IMG/VR virus record: IMGVR_UViG_3300037422_000670 | Coordinates: 1 to 24,839 of that record | DNA: 24,839 nucleotides | Reading direction: 5' to 3' (one strand) | From: a virus | Lineage: Duplodnaviria; Caudoviricetes | Part shown: positions 1-8,121 of the stretch, piece after piece | Layout: each line of letters starts with the position of its first letter | How positions within the stretch are numbered: the stretch's first letter is position 1 | The notes under the pieces: generated by a model | What the model was told of the DNA's origin: nothing | Database searches by the model: none | Seen by the model: only the letters and a program-made list of their open reading frames with translations | Position numbers and translations under genes: made by a program

Positions 1-174
1 ATGAACCGTTCCATCCTCCTCGGCCTCATCCGCCACACCCTCACCACCGTTGGCGGCGTCCTTGTCACCCGCGGCCTGCTCACCACCGCGGACCTTGACG
101 CCATCGCTGGCGGCCTTGCCGTCCTGGCTGGCGTCCTCTGGTCCATCCTCGAAAAACGCCGCCGCTCCCCATGA
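1..174 (+). CDS. small two-TM putative holin (57 aa, Pam3-gp28-like)
   Basis: Translated by hand: MNRSILLGLIRHTLTTVGGVLVTRGLLTTADLDAIAGGLAVLAGVLWSILEKRRRSP. It has two hydrophobic segments and a basic tail, and overlaps the next gene by ATGA. Not in the ORF track (<60 aa). Confidence 0.7.
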   Translation: MNRSILLGLIRHTLTTVGGVLVTRGLLTTADLDAIAGGLAVLAGVLWSILEKRRRSP

Positions 175-551
175 AGTCTCAAATCTCAAATCCCTGCCTG
201 CGCCAAGCGGAGCGCGGCAGGCATGGCAAATCTCAAATCCTCGGCGCCGTTCGGCCGATCCGCCATCTGCCATTTGCCCTCTGCCATATCTTCCCCCTCC
301 TCCTAATCACATCCTGCGCCTCCGTCACCCAGACCGCTCGCACCGCTATCGACCCTGCCACCGGCATCGAGACCCGCGACACCCGCACCCGCATCCTGGC
401 CACGGGCGACGCCAAGCAAACCATCGAGCACATCCGATCCACCAACGGCAAGACCCACAGCCTCGGCGCTTCTGGCGTCGCCGAAGAAACCACCTCCACC
501 GCCCTCATCGAGCTCCTCCGCCTCATCCTCACCCTCCAGACCGCAAAGTAA
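171..551 (+). CDS. lipoprotein, possibly spanin-like
   Basis: Hydrophobic stretch ending in lipobox-like LLITS-C; follows the holin; N-terminus is built from repeats. Confidence 0.6.
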   Translation: MKSQISNPCLRQAERGRHGKSQILGAVRPIRHLPFALCHIFPLLLITSCASVTQTARTAIDPATGIETRDTRTRILATGDAKQTIEHIRSTNGKTHSLGASGVAEETTSTALIELLRLILTLQTAK

Positions 552-576
552 CTCCCCACTCCCCACTCCCCACTCC
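551..576 (+). repeat. heptamer array ACTCCCC (~3.7 units) abutting ATG 577
   Basis: Read directly. Confidence 0.95.
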
Positions 577-873
577 ATGGACCTCCAGCTCCTCAACCTC
601 ATCCTCACCATCTGCCTGAGCGTCCTCGTCATCTGGGGGAAAATCAGCGGCCGCGCCGAGCGCCGCAGCGTCACCTTCGAGACCGCCTATGCGTCCCGTG
701 AAGAACTCGATCAAATCTGCGCATCCCTGCGCCACCTCGAACGCAAATTCGAGGCCACAGTCAACGACTTCAGAAACGCCGAAGAAAACCGCATCCGCCT
801 CCTCCACGAGCGCGTCAACGAAGTCCTAGCCGCCGTCGCCGAACTCCGCGGCGAAATCAAACACCTGCGATGA
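577..873 (+). CDS. N-terminal TM plus coiled-coil protein (Mu gp25/DUF2730-like)
   Basis: TM LLNLILTICLSVLVIW followed by a heptad-rich helix; typical position before gp26/gp27. Confidence 0.6.
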   Translation: MDLQLLNLILTICLSVLVIWGKISGRAERRSVTFETAYASREELDQICASLRHLERKFEATVNDFRNAEENRIRLLHERVNEVLAAVAELRGEIKHLR

Positions 874-1121
874 AACACTCCATCAAACTCACCATCCTCA
901 AAGCCCTCTATCGTTGCGGCGACTACGCCATCCCCGAGCCCCTCCTCCTCGATGGCGTCACCAACGCCATCCGTCCGCAGCCAACCCGCGATGAAATCCG
1001 CGCCTGCCTGCGCGACCTCGAGGCCCGCGGCGCCGTCGCCGCCGGCCGCAGCGCCATCGACGACGAACTCGCCTGGCGCCTCACCACCTCCGGCCAAGCC
1101 CTCCTCCACTCCGACAAATGA
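870..1121 (+). CDS. Mu gp26-like small winged-helix protein
   Basis: 83 aa; ILKAL…L.DLEARG.V…WRLTTSG wHTH pattern; ATGA overlap; position. Confidence 0.6.
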   Translation: MKHSIKLTILKALYRCGDYAIPEPLLLDGVTNAIRPQPTRDEIRACLRDLEARGAVAAGRSAIDDELAWRLTTSGQALLHSDK

Positions 1122-1184
1122 TCCGCCCGATCCGCCACCTCCGTCCCCTCTGCTATTTGCCATTTGCCCTCCGCCATCCGCCCC

Positions 1185-1733
1185 ATGCGCAAACCCCGCC
1201 CAGACGCCTTTGACACCCGCCTCACCCCCGCTCAGCGCCTCGAGCTGGACCAATGGCTCTTCGACGAGCAGCTCACCTACGCCGCCGCGGCCGCCAGGCT
1301 CCTCGAGCGCTTCTCCCAGCGCGTCTCCGGCGCCGCCCTCTCACAATACTACCAGCGCCGCGCCCAAGAGCGCCTCCTCGATCGCATCGCCGCCCGCGCC
1401 AGAAATGCACAAGCCGCCCAAGAAAAATTCAAAGCCACTTCAGACCCCGAGCAAACCTACGCCGCCATCACCCAGCTCATTGGCCAGCTCGCCTTCGAAC
1501 ATGCCGGCACCGACAAGCCGGACATCGACACCTTGCGCGACCTTGCCACCCTCGCCCTCCACGCCCGCCGCCTCACCCTGGCCGAGCGCTCACTCGCCCT
1601 CGGCAAAGACAAATTCGCCCTCCTCAAGCGCAAAGCGGACCTCGCAGAAGCCGCCAAAACCGCCACTGCGGACACCGCCCTCACCCCAGCCCAACTCCAA
1701 GCCAAACTCCGCTCCATCTTCGGCCTCGGCTAG
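1185..1733 (+). CDS. putative small terminase (Mu gp27/DUF3486-like)
   Basis: HTH-like N-terminus (LDQWL…TY…VSGAALSQY), helical body, ends IFGLG directly before terL; ATG 1185 preferred over TTG 1164. Confidence 0.7.
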   Translation: MRKPRPDAFDTRLTPAQRLELDQWLFDEQLTYAAAAARLLERFSQRVSGAALSQYYQRRAQERLLDRIAARARNAQAAQEKFKATSDPEQTYAAITQLIGQLAFEHAGTDKPDIDTLRDLATLALHARRLTLAERSLALGKDKFALLKRKADLAEAAKTATADTALTPAQLQAKLRSIFGLG

Positions 1734-1759
1734 CCATCTCAACTCCTCATCTGCCCCAC

Positions 1760-3112
1760 TTGGCCTCCCCACTTCACATCCTCCTGCCCTACCAGCGCCG
1801 CTGGGTCGATGACAACGCCCGATTCAAAATCGGCCTCTGGTCCCGGCAAGTAGGCAAATCCTTCGCCTGCGCCGCCGAGGCCGTCGCCCACTCCCTTCTC
1901 TGGCCCAAGACAGACTGGGTCATCCTCAGCGCTGGCGAGCGCCAGGCTCTCGAGTTCATGCGCAAAGTGCGCGAATGGGCCGAAGCCTTCACACTCACCG
2001 CAGCCGCTTACGCCGAACTGCGCGACCACGCCCAAGCCCTGCTAAAAACCGCCGAGATCACCTGGCCAAACGGCTCCCGCATCATCGCCCTCCCGGCCAA
2101 CCCAGACACCGCCCGCGGCTACTCCGCCCACCTCGTCCTCGACGAATTCGCGTTCCACGAGAAACCGGACGCCATCTGGCGCGCCATCTACCCCAGCATC
2201 TCCAACCCACTCAAAGGCCAAAAACAAATCCGCATCGTCTCCACCCCAAACGGCACCGGCAACAAATTCCACGACCTTTGGACCAAGCCATCCGCTTGGT
2301 CCAAGCACAAAGTCACCATCCACGACGCCGTCAAAGACGGCCTCCCCATCCACATCCCAGAACTCCGCGCCGGCCTCGACGATCCAGACGGCTGGGCCCA
2401 GGAATACGAATGCGAATTCATTGACGCCGCCGCCGTCCTCCTCCCCTACGACCTCATTGCCGCCTGCGAATCCCCCGAGGCCACACTCGCCACCCCGCCA
2501 GACTTCTTCCACTACACAACCGGCCCCTTCTATTGCGGCATCGACTTCGGCCGCAAGCGCGACCTCACCGTCTGCTGGACACTCCAGCTCCTCGGCGACG
2601 TCCTCCACACACGCGAAATCCTCGTCCTCGAAAAACTCGCCACCCCGGCCCAGCTTGAGATCCTCCTGCCCCGCCTGCGTTCCTGCGCTCGCGCCGCCTT
2701 CGACTATACCGGCCCTGGCATCGGCCTTGGCGACTACCTCGTAAAAGACCTTGGCGCCTACGATCCCGCCCGCCATCTCTTCGGCAAACTCGAACTCTGC
2801 ACCTTCACAGCGTCACTCAAAGCCGACATCTTCTCCAAACTCAGGCTCGCCGCCGAGCAACGCCGCCTGCGCATCCCCATAGACCGCGTCATCCGCGAAG
2901 ACCTGCACAGCCTCCACCGCGTCACCACCTCATCCGGCCAGATCACCTACCGCGCCCCGCACACAGACGACGGCCACGCCGATCGCGCCACCGCCCTGGC
3001 CCTAGCCATCCGCGCCGCCGCCTCCGCCGGTTCCCCCGGCCGCTTCCTTCCGCCCTCATCCCGCCGCCAAACCATCCTCGCCACCAAACACCACCGCCCC
3101 ATCCACGGCTGA
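1760..3112 (+). CDS. terL: large terminase subunit (Mu gp28-like)
   Basis: LLPYQ motif, Walker A SRQVGKS, Walker B LVLDEFAFH, STPNG motif, nuclease GIDFGRKRD and HADRATALAL; probable TTG start at 1760 (no in-frame ATG before LLPYQ after the gp27 stop). Confidence 0.93.
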   Translation: MASPLHILLPYQRRWVDDNARFKIGLWSRQVGKSFACAAEAVAHSLLWPKTDWVILSAGERQALEFMRKVREWAEAFTLTAAAYAELRDHAQALLKTAEITWPNGSRIIALPANPDTARGYSAHLVLDEFAFHEKPDAIWRAIYPSISNPLKGQKQIRIVSTPNGTGNKFHDLWTKPSAWSKHKVTIHDAVKDGLPIHIPELRAGLDDPDGWAQEYECEFIDAAAVLLPYDLIAACESPEATLATPPDFFHYTTGPFYCGIDFGRKRDLTVCWTLQLLGDVLHTREILVLEKLATPAQLEILLPRLRSCARAAFDYTGPGIGLGDYLVKDLGAYDPARHLFGKLELCTFTASLKADIFSKLRLAAEQRRLRIPIDRVIREDLHSLHRVTTSSGQITYRAPHTDDGHADRATALALAIRAAASAGSPGRFLPPSSRRQTILATKHHRPIHG

Positions 3113-3128
3113 TCTGCCTGCCGGCAGC

Positions 3129-3230
3129 TCAATCTCAAATCTCAAATCTCAAATCTCAAATCTGCCCTATGCCCACTCCCCACTCCCCACTCCCCACTCC
3201 CCACTCCGCACTCCCCACTCCCCACTCCCC
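3129..3230 (+). repeat. CTCAAAT x~5 before, and CCCACTC x8 (3172-3227) after, the portal ATG
   Basis: Read directly. Confidence 0.95.
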
Positions 3231-5256
3231 CGGCCGCCCCCTCACCCTGCGCCAGCTCGTTGCCCAAGCCAACCTTTGGCGCGACCAGCTCAACCCATTG
3301 CGCGGCCTCGTCATCTCCAGGCTCGTCGCCCACTTCGAGGCCGCTGACCGCGGCGACCTCACAGACCTCCAATGGCTCTATTCACGCATCGAGCGCCGCC
3401 ATCCCATCCTCCGCTCACTCATCATCCGCCGCCGTGCCGCCATCCAAAAACTCGATTGGGACATCAAAACCGTCTCCCAACTCCCTCCCGGCGCCACCGA
3501 ACCCCAAGCCGAAGCCCAGCGCCAGGCCCTGCGCACCGCCTACGACGCCATCCCAAACCTCCGCGAAGCCATCGCCCACCTTGCCCTCGCCGAATTCCGC
3601 GGCTTCAGCATCCTCCAGATCCATCGCTCCACAGACCTCGAACCCATCCACCTCCAGCCCCTGCCTCAGTGGCACTTCGTCCGCTCCGGCTCAAGCGGTG
3701 ACTTCTACTGGAACGAACACTCACGCTCCATCTCCTGGCGTGCCCTCACAGACGCCGAGCGCATCGGCGGCGCCGCCCTCCCTCGCGCCGACTTCATCAT
3801 CCGCGCCTGTCCCATGCCCATCAACGAAATCGGCGCCATCACCTTCGTCAACTCCGCCATGGCCAAAAAAGACTGGGCCGCCTTCGTCGAAATCTTCGGC
3901 CTCCCCGGCTGCATCGTCGAAATGCCTCCCAACATCCCCCAAGGCAAAGAGACCGAATACGAAACCACAGCTCAAGCCGTCGCCGAGGGCGGTTCCGGCT
4001 CCGTCCCAAACGGCGCCAAACCCCACTTCCCCACCGCCGCCATCCGCGGCAATTCGCCCTTCAAAGAATTCCTCGACTTCGAAGAAAAAGACCTCGTCCT
4101 CGCGGGCACAGGCGGCCTCCTCACCATGCTCACCGCCCCCACCGGCATCGGCAAAGGCCCCTCAGAGCAGCATGCAGACGCCTTCTCCGACATCGCCTGC
4201 GCCGAAGCCGCCGAGATCTCAGAAACCTTCCAGCGCCAGCTCGACCTCCAGATCCTCGAGGCTCAATTCCCTGGCCAGCCCGTCCTCGCCTACTTCTCCC
4301 TCGCCCCCGAGTCCCAAGAAGACCTGGACGCCATCGTCGAGCGCGTCGTCAAACTCGAATCCGCCGGCTACTCGACAGACCCTAAAGAAATCTCCGAGAA
4401 AACCGGCCTCCGCCTCGAGAGAAAACCCCAAGCTGCCCCATCTCAGATCTCAAATCTCAAATCTCAAATCTCAGATCTCGAATTTCAAATCCCCAATCGC
4501 CTCCTCCCCAACGGCGACACCCCAGGCCATCCCTACCGCGGCAACCAGTATGAAACCGTAGCCGCCGCCGCTCCGGCCCGCATCCACGCTGCAAGAGCCG
4601 ACAAACTTCTTGAAATGGGCTTCAGCGAAACAGACGCCTCCGGCGCCAGCATCCGCTTCGATCGCCGCCTCAAAGCCAAACTCGATAAAGCCGCTGACGG
4701 CGGCGCCAGAAAAGAAATCCTGGAATGGAGCCGTGAGACCGTGCGCAGCGGCCGTAAAATCGAGCGCCAGGAAAAGGGCGAACTCCGCACCCACTACGGC
4801 AAAGTATTCCAAGAAGGTGCCGATCGAAAAGGCGTGCTCGTCATCGTGGACACCGCCGATGGTTACGCTTTCAACTACCATCGCCTCCGGCCGCGGCAGC
4901 TCGAGCGAAAACCGAGTAACAGAAGCAGAGACGATGCAGGCGACCAGCCCCCTGTCGTCGTCCTTCAGGCTCTAGCCGCTGGCGGCAGCCTGCCGGATTA
5001 CCCTCAACCTGCCACACACACCCGCGCCGATCAACCTCAAACCGCCTTCCTCTCCGCCCTCGCCTCCGATCTCGCCCCCTTGCGCCGCCGCCTCCAGCGC
5101 ATCATCGAGATCCAGGACCCGGACATCCTCCGCGACCGCCTCGATGCCCTCCGCGCCGAACTCCCCAGCCTCCTGCGCGACATCAACGCCGACCCCGCCT
5201 CCGCCTCCGCCCTCCAAACCTCCCTATTTACCGCCATCCAGACCGCCAAGCCATGA
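3169..5256 (+). CDS. portal protein (Mu gp29/DUF935) with internal cargo insertion
   Basis: DWAAFVEIFGLP and LVLAGTGGLLT…G.G…H.D.F motifs of DUF935; follows terL; about 170 extra aa near 4490-5030. Confidence 0.9.
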   Translation: MPTPHSPLPTPHSALPTPHSPGRPLTLRQLVAQANLWRDQLNPLRGLVISRLVAHFEAADRGDLTDLQWLYSRIERRHPILRSLIIRRRAAIQKLDWDIKTVSQLPPGATEPQAEAQRQALRTAYDAIPNLREAIAHLALAEFRGFSILQIHRSTDLEPIHLQPLPQWHFVRSGSSGDFYWNEHSRSISWRALTDAERIGGAALPRADFIIRACPMPINEIGAITFVNSAMAKKDWAAFVEIFGLPGCIVEMPPNIPQGKETEYETTAQAVAEGGSGSVPNGAKPHFPTAAIRGNSPFKEFLDFEEKDLVLAGTGGLLTMLTAPTGIGKGPSEQHADAFSDIACAEAAEISETFQRQLDLQILEAQFPGQPVLAYFSLAPESQEDLDAIVERVVKLESAGYSTDPKEISEKTGLRLERKPQAAPSQISNLKSQISDLEFQIPNRLLPNGDTPGHPYRGNQYETVAAAAPARIHAARADKLLEMGFSETDASGASIRFDRRLKAKLDKAADGGARKEILEWSRETVRSGRKIERQEKGELRTHYGKVFQEGADRKGVLVIVDTADGYAFNYHRLRPRQLERKPSNRSRDDAGDQPPVVVLQALAAGGSLPDYPQPATHTRADQPQTAFLSALASDLAPLRRRLQRIIEIQDPDILRDRLDALRAELPSLLRDINADPASASALQTSLFTAIQTAKP
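4441..4491 (+). repeat. in-frame TCTCAAA-type heptamer x7 inside portal (SQISNLKSQISDLEFQI)
   Basis: Read directly. Confidence 0.95.
4513..4911 (+). other. inserted domain in portal: GDxPGHPYRGNQY motif plus putative PBECR/BECR-fold nuclease
   Basis: RETVRSG…RTHYGKVF…KGVLVIVDTADGYAFNYH resembles phage PBECR domains; G content is balanced (4741-4800: 19 G, 20 C), unlike the flanks. Confidence 0.5.
4908..5001 (-). ncRNA. candidate structured antisense small RNA
   Basis: Lies just downstream of the antisense promoter; stems CAGGCT/AGCCTG plus GCCG/CGGC (4966-4992) and GACGA/TCGTC plus CAGG/CCTG (4930-4959); possible closing GGTAA/TTACT; followed by TTTT. Confidence 0.35.
5006..5034 (-). promoter_or_regulatory. 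antisense sigma70-like promoter inside portal gene
   Basis: Minus strand TTGATC (5034-5029), 17-bp spacer, TGG then CAGGTT (5011-5006). Confidence 0.5.
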
Positions 5257-5378
5257 CCGCCACCCGATCTACCCGATCCGTCCTATCCGTCCTATCCGTC
5301 CCTCATTCCCTCCTAATTTGCCCTATAAAAGCTCGCAACCTCCGCCCCGCCACTTCTTAGGTCCCACCCCTCAATCGT

Positions 5379-5409
5379 CGTTTTGCAATGACCTGCACGC
5401 GTTTTGCAA
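5379..5409. promoter_or_regulatory. phased direct repeat CGTTTTGCAA x2, putative protein-binding site before the protease operon
   Basis: Copies at 5379-5388 and 5400-5409; TGCA cores at 5384, 5394 and 5405; lies in the only long intergenic gap of the element. Confidence 0.45.
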
Positions 5410-5458
5410 GACATCCTAGCGCGCGCAGAGGATAGGAATTGGGAGTTAGGGTTTAGGA

Positions 5459-5521
5459 CTGCCATCTGCCCTCTGCCATCTGCCCTCTGCCATCTGCCCT
5501 CTGCCATCTGCCCTCTGCCAT
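5459..5521 (+). repeat. heptamer array CTGCCAT/CTGCCCT alternating, 9 units
   Basis: Read directly; perfect 14-bp period. Confidence 0.95.
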
Positions 5522-5576
5522 CTTTCCCCCCCCGCACGCTATCGCCAACGCCTCCACCCAGCTAACCTCGCGCTAC

Positions 5577-6620
5577 GTGGACACCGCCGCCCACCGCCCC
5601 ATTGCCAACCGCGCCCCTGGCGCGGACCCAGCCGCCCCGTTCACACTCCCCTCAGACGGCTTCGTCCACCTCGCCCCCCGCGGTAATTTCCCCCATCCCT
5701 CCGGCCTCACCCAGATCCTGGATGACGCCGCCATCGCCGCCATCACCTCTCAATTCGACTCCGCCCGCGCCGCCAACCCGGCCCACCCTGGCCTCCTCGT
5801 CGATTACGACCACTTCTCCCTCGAGCCAGACCGTTCCAGCGAAGCCGCCGGCTGGATCACAGCCATCGACACCCGCCCCGACGGCCTCTGGGCTCAAATC
5901 CGCTGGACACCCGAAGGCCGGGCCGCGGTTGCCAACGGCCGCTACCGCTTCCTCTCCCCCGTCTTCTCCCGCGTCCAGACCATCGACGACACCCGCGTCC
6001 GCCCCCTCGAACTCGCCGCCGCCGGCCTCACCAACGCACCCAACCTCAAAACCCTCGCCCCACTCTCCAACCGTCACACCACATCAACCCCAACCACCGT
6101 TCCGCCCCAAATGAAAGCCATCGCCATCAAACTCGGCCTCGCACCCGAGGCTGCCGAAGACACCATCCTCGCCGCCATCGAAACCCTCCAGACCGGCCAC
6201 ACCGCCGCCGCCGCCGCCGCCGAGGCCGCCAAAACCTCCATCGCCGACCTTCGCAACCGCAACACCGCCCTCCTCGACGACCAAGTCGCCACCCTCCTCG
6301 ATGCCCATCGCATCACAGACACCGCCAAACGCGACAAACTCATCCCCGTCCTCAAAAACATGGCCTCGCGCGAAGACCGCGTCGCCTTCCTCAAAGACAT
6401 CCTCCCGCCAGCAGCAGCAGCCGCCGCCGCCACCACCAACCAGACCCATCACCACCAGCGCATCCTCACCCCAGGCTCCACCCCCGCAGCCCCAGCCGGC
6501 CAGGAACTCCGCATCCTCCGGAACCGCGAAGTCCGCGCCCTCATCGCCTCCCGCGCCTGCGACTTCGAGTCCGCCTGGAACCTCCTGCGCTCCCAGCGCC
6601 CAGAACTCTTCGCCGCCTGA
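5577..6620 (+). CDS. prohead protease/scaffold (Mu gpI-like)
   Basis: LLVDYDH, EAAGWI, GLWAQIRWT, YRFLSPVF and AGLTNAPNL motifs; helical C-terminal scaffold region; GTG start. Confidence 0.92.
   Translation: MDTAAHRPIANRAPGADPAAPFTLPSDGFVHLAPRGNFPHPSGLTQILDDAAIAAITSQFDSARAANPAHPGLLVDYDHFSLEPDRSSEAAGWITAIDTRPDGLWAQIRWTPEGRAAVANGRYRFLSPVFSRVQTIDDTRVRPLELAAAGLTNAPNLKTLAPLSNRHTTSTPTTVPPQMKAIAIKLGLAPEAAEDTILAAIETLQTGHTAAAAAAEAAKTSIADLRNRNTALLDDQVATLLDAHRITDTAKRDKLIPVLKNMASREDRVAFLKDILPPAAAAAAATTNQTHHHQRILTPGSTPAAPAGQELRILRNREVRALIASRACDFESAWNLLRSQRPELFAA
6111..6620 (+). CDS. probable internally initiated scaffold protein (Mu gpZ-like)
   Basis: In-frame ATG after a Thr/Pro linker; MKAIAIKLGLAPEAAEDTILAAI; Mu I/Z precedent. 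Confidence 0.55.
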   Translation: MKAIAIKLGLAPEAAEDTILAAIETLQTGHTAAAAAAEAAKTSIADLRNRNTALLDDQVATLLDAHRITDTAKRDKLIPVLKNMASREDRVAFLKDILPPAAAAAAATTNQTHHHQRILTPGSTPAAPAGQELRILRNREVRALIASRACDFESAWNLLRSQRPELFAA

Positions 6621-6627
6621 CTCAGGC

Positions 6628-6669
6628 CTCAAATCTCAAATCTCAAATCTCAAATTTCAAATCTCAAAT
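6628..6669 (+). repeat. CTCAAAT x6 intergenic; a similar array lies at 7096-7134
   Basis: Read directly. Confidence 0.95.
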
Positions 6670-6680
6670 CCCCCAACCCC

Positions 6681-7097
6681 ATGAGCAAACTCGCCAAAGA
6701 CACCGCCGTCGTCTCCTTTGACATCGCCGCCAGCGAAGATCACTCCGCAAAACGCGGGCACTTCACCAAACTCGCCAGCGGCAAAACCACTAACATCGCC
6801 TCCGCCACCGCCGATCTGCCCATCGGCTGCATCCTCGATGGCGGCAACCAGACCACAGGCACGCCGGATTCCGTCGCCGTATGCGGCGGCGGCGCCGGCG
6901 TCGCCAAAGTCAAACTCAGCGCCTCCCCCGGCTCAGTCGTTGCCGGCAGCTACCTCGTCCTCGACGGCTCCACACTCGGCACCGTCAAACTCGATCCAGC
7001 CTCCGGCACCCGCGTCCAGTGCGCCCGCGCCCTCGAAGCCGGCGCCGCCAACGAACTCATCGACGCCGTCCTCCTCGACCCCGTCATCCTCGCTTAA
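6681..7097 (+). CDS. capsid decoration/cement protein
   Basis: 138 aa, Gly/Ala/Val-rich; PIGCILDG…ARALEAGAANELIDAVL (DUF2190-like); between protease and capsid. Confidence 0.65.
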   Translation: MSKLAKDTAVVSFDIAASEDHSAKRGHFTKLASGKTTNIASATADLPIGCILDGGNQTTGTPDSVAVCGGGAGVAKVKLSASPGSVVAGSYLVLDGSTLGTVKLDPASGTRVQCARALEAGAANELIDAVLLDPVILA

Positions 7098-7136
7098 ATC
7101 TCCATCTCAAATCTCAAATCTCAAATCTGAAATCCT

Positions 7137-8039
7137 ATGGGCGCCACCGCACAATCCAACATCATCGAATACCTCACAGACTACGCCCAGGGCATTGGCC
7201 CTGGCATGGTCGATCCAGCCGCCGCTCTCATCGCCCCAGTGGTCCGCGTCGGCTCACCCATCGGCAAATACAAAGAGTTCAACGACCAAAACGCCTTCCA
7301 AGTCCCCAGCACCGCGCGCGCCGTCGGCGGCCCGGCCCAGCGCCTCGAATTCAGCGCCACCGACAAAGACTACAACTGCACCCCGCAAGCCCTCGAAATC
7401 GGCATCGACGACATCGAACGCGCCGGCGGCGATCCCATTGCCATCGAGCAGGCCAAAGTGAAGACCCTCATGACCGCCGCCACCCGGTCACACGCCGTCG
7501 CCGTCGCCACCCTCGCCCTCACCGTCGCCGCCGCAGCCACACCCACCTGGTCCAGCGGCTCCACCGCCGTTGACGACCTCAACACCCAGATCGAAGCCCT
7601 CGTCAACCTCATCGGCGAATTCCCCACAGACATCGTCATGGGCGTCACCGCCTGGCGCCGCCTCGTCGGCAACGCCTCCGTCGCCGACAAATTCAAATCC
7701 GGCGTCATCAACCCGGCTGCCGTCCAGGCCGCCCAGCTCCTCCTCGCACCCAGCGTCCGCATCACCGTCAGCCCCTTGATCAAAGACACCGCCAAACCAG
7801 GCGCCACCAAAGCCACAGCCCAAGTCTATGGCTCCAACGTCTTCATCTTCTACGCCTCCCCAGTACCGACCCAATACGATCCCTCCTTCATGAAAACCTT
7901 CCGCACCGCCGAAAGCGGCGTGGACAACGTCTCCTCCTACCGCGACGAATCCCGCTCCAGCGACATCTACAAAGTCGCCTGGACCCAGGACATCCGCATC
8001 ACCTCCACCTCCAGCGTCAAGCGCCTCACCGTCAGCTAG
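7137..8039 (+). CDS. major capsid protein
   Basis: 300 aa; LTDYAQG…IAPVVRV…GKYK, PTDIVMG..AW and PSFMKTF patterns; position. Confidence 0.85.
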   Translation: MGATAQSNIIEYLTDYAQGIGPGMVDPAAALIAPVVRVGSPIGKYKEFNDQNAFQVPSTARAVGGPAQRLEFSATDKDYNCTPQALEIGIDDIERAGGDPIAIEQAKVKTLMTAATRSHAVAVATLALTVAAAATPTWSSGSTAVDDLNTQIEALVNLIGEFPTDIVMGVTAWRRLVGNASVADKFKSGVINPAAVQAAQLLLAPSVRITVSPLIKDTAKPGATKATAQVYGSNVFIFYASPVPTQYDPSFMKTFRTAESGVDNVSSYRDESRSSDIYKVAWTQDIRITSTSSVKRLTVS

Positions 8040-8041
8040 CC

Positions 8042-8096
8042 GAGTGCGGAGCGAGGAGTGCTGGGCGGGGCGCCGCGAGTGACGAATTCCGCACTC
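8042..8096 (+). terminator. inverted repeat GAGTGCGGA/TCCGCACTC after capsid gene (possible hairpin/processing signal)
   Basis: Arms at 8042-8050 and 8088-8096; no U-tract. Confidence 0.35.
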
Positions 8097-8121
8097 CGAT
8101 CTCCGTCTCCACCACTCCCCC

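Noticed and set aside
1118-1213. 31-codon ORF MIRPIRHL… coupled to the gp26 stop
   Set aside because: Made largely of repeat sequence and out of frame with gp27; no evidence of a product
1253-1759. N-terminal 169 aa of the 619-aa terminase ORF
   Set aside because: Arg/Pro-rich shadow frame of the small terminase gene; terminase motifs begin at about 1760
4610-4975. +1-frame ORF over the portal cargo as a nested immunity gene
   Set aside because: Shadow-like Ser/Ala/Lys composition, no upstream promoter seen, and codon bias favours the portal frame
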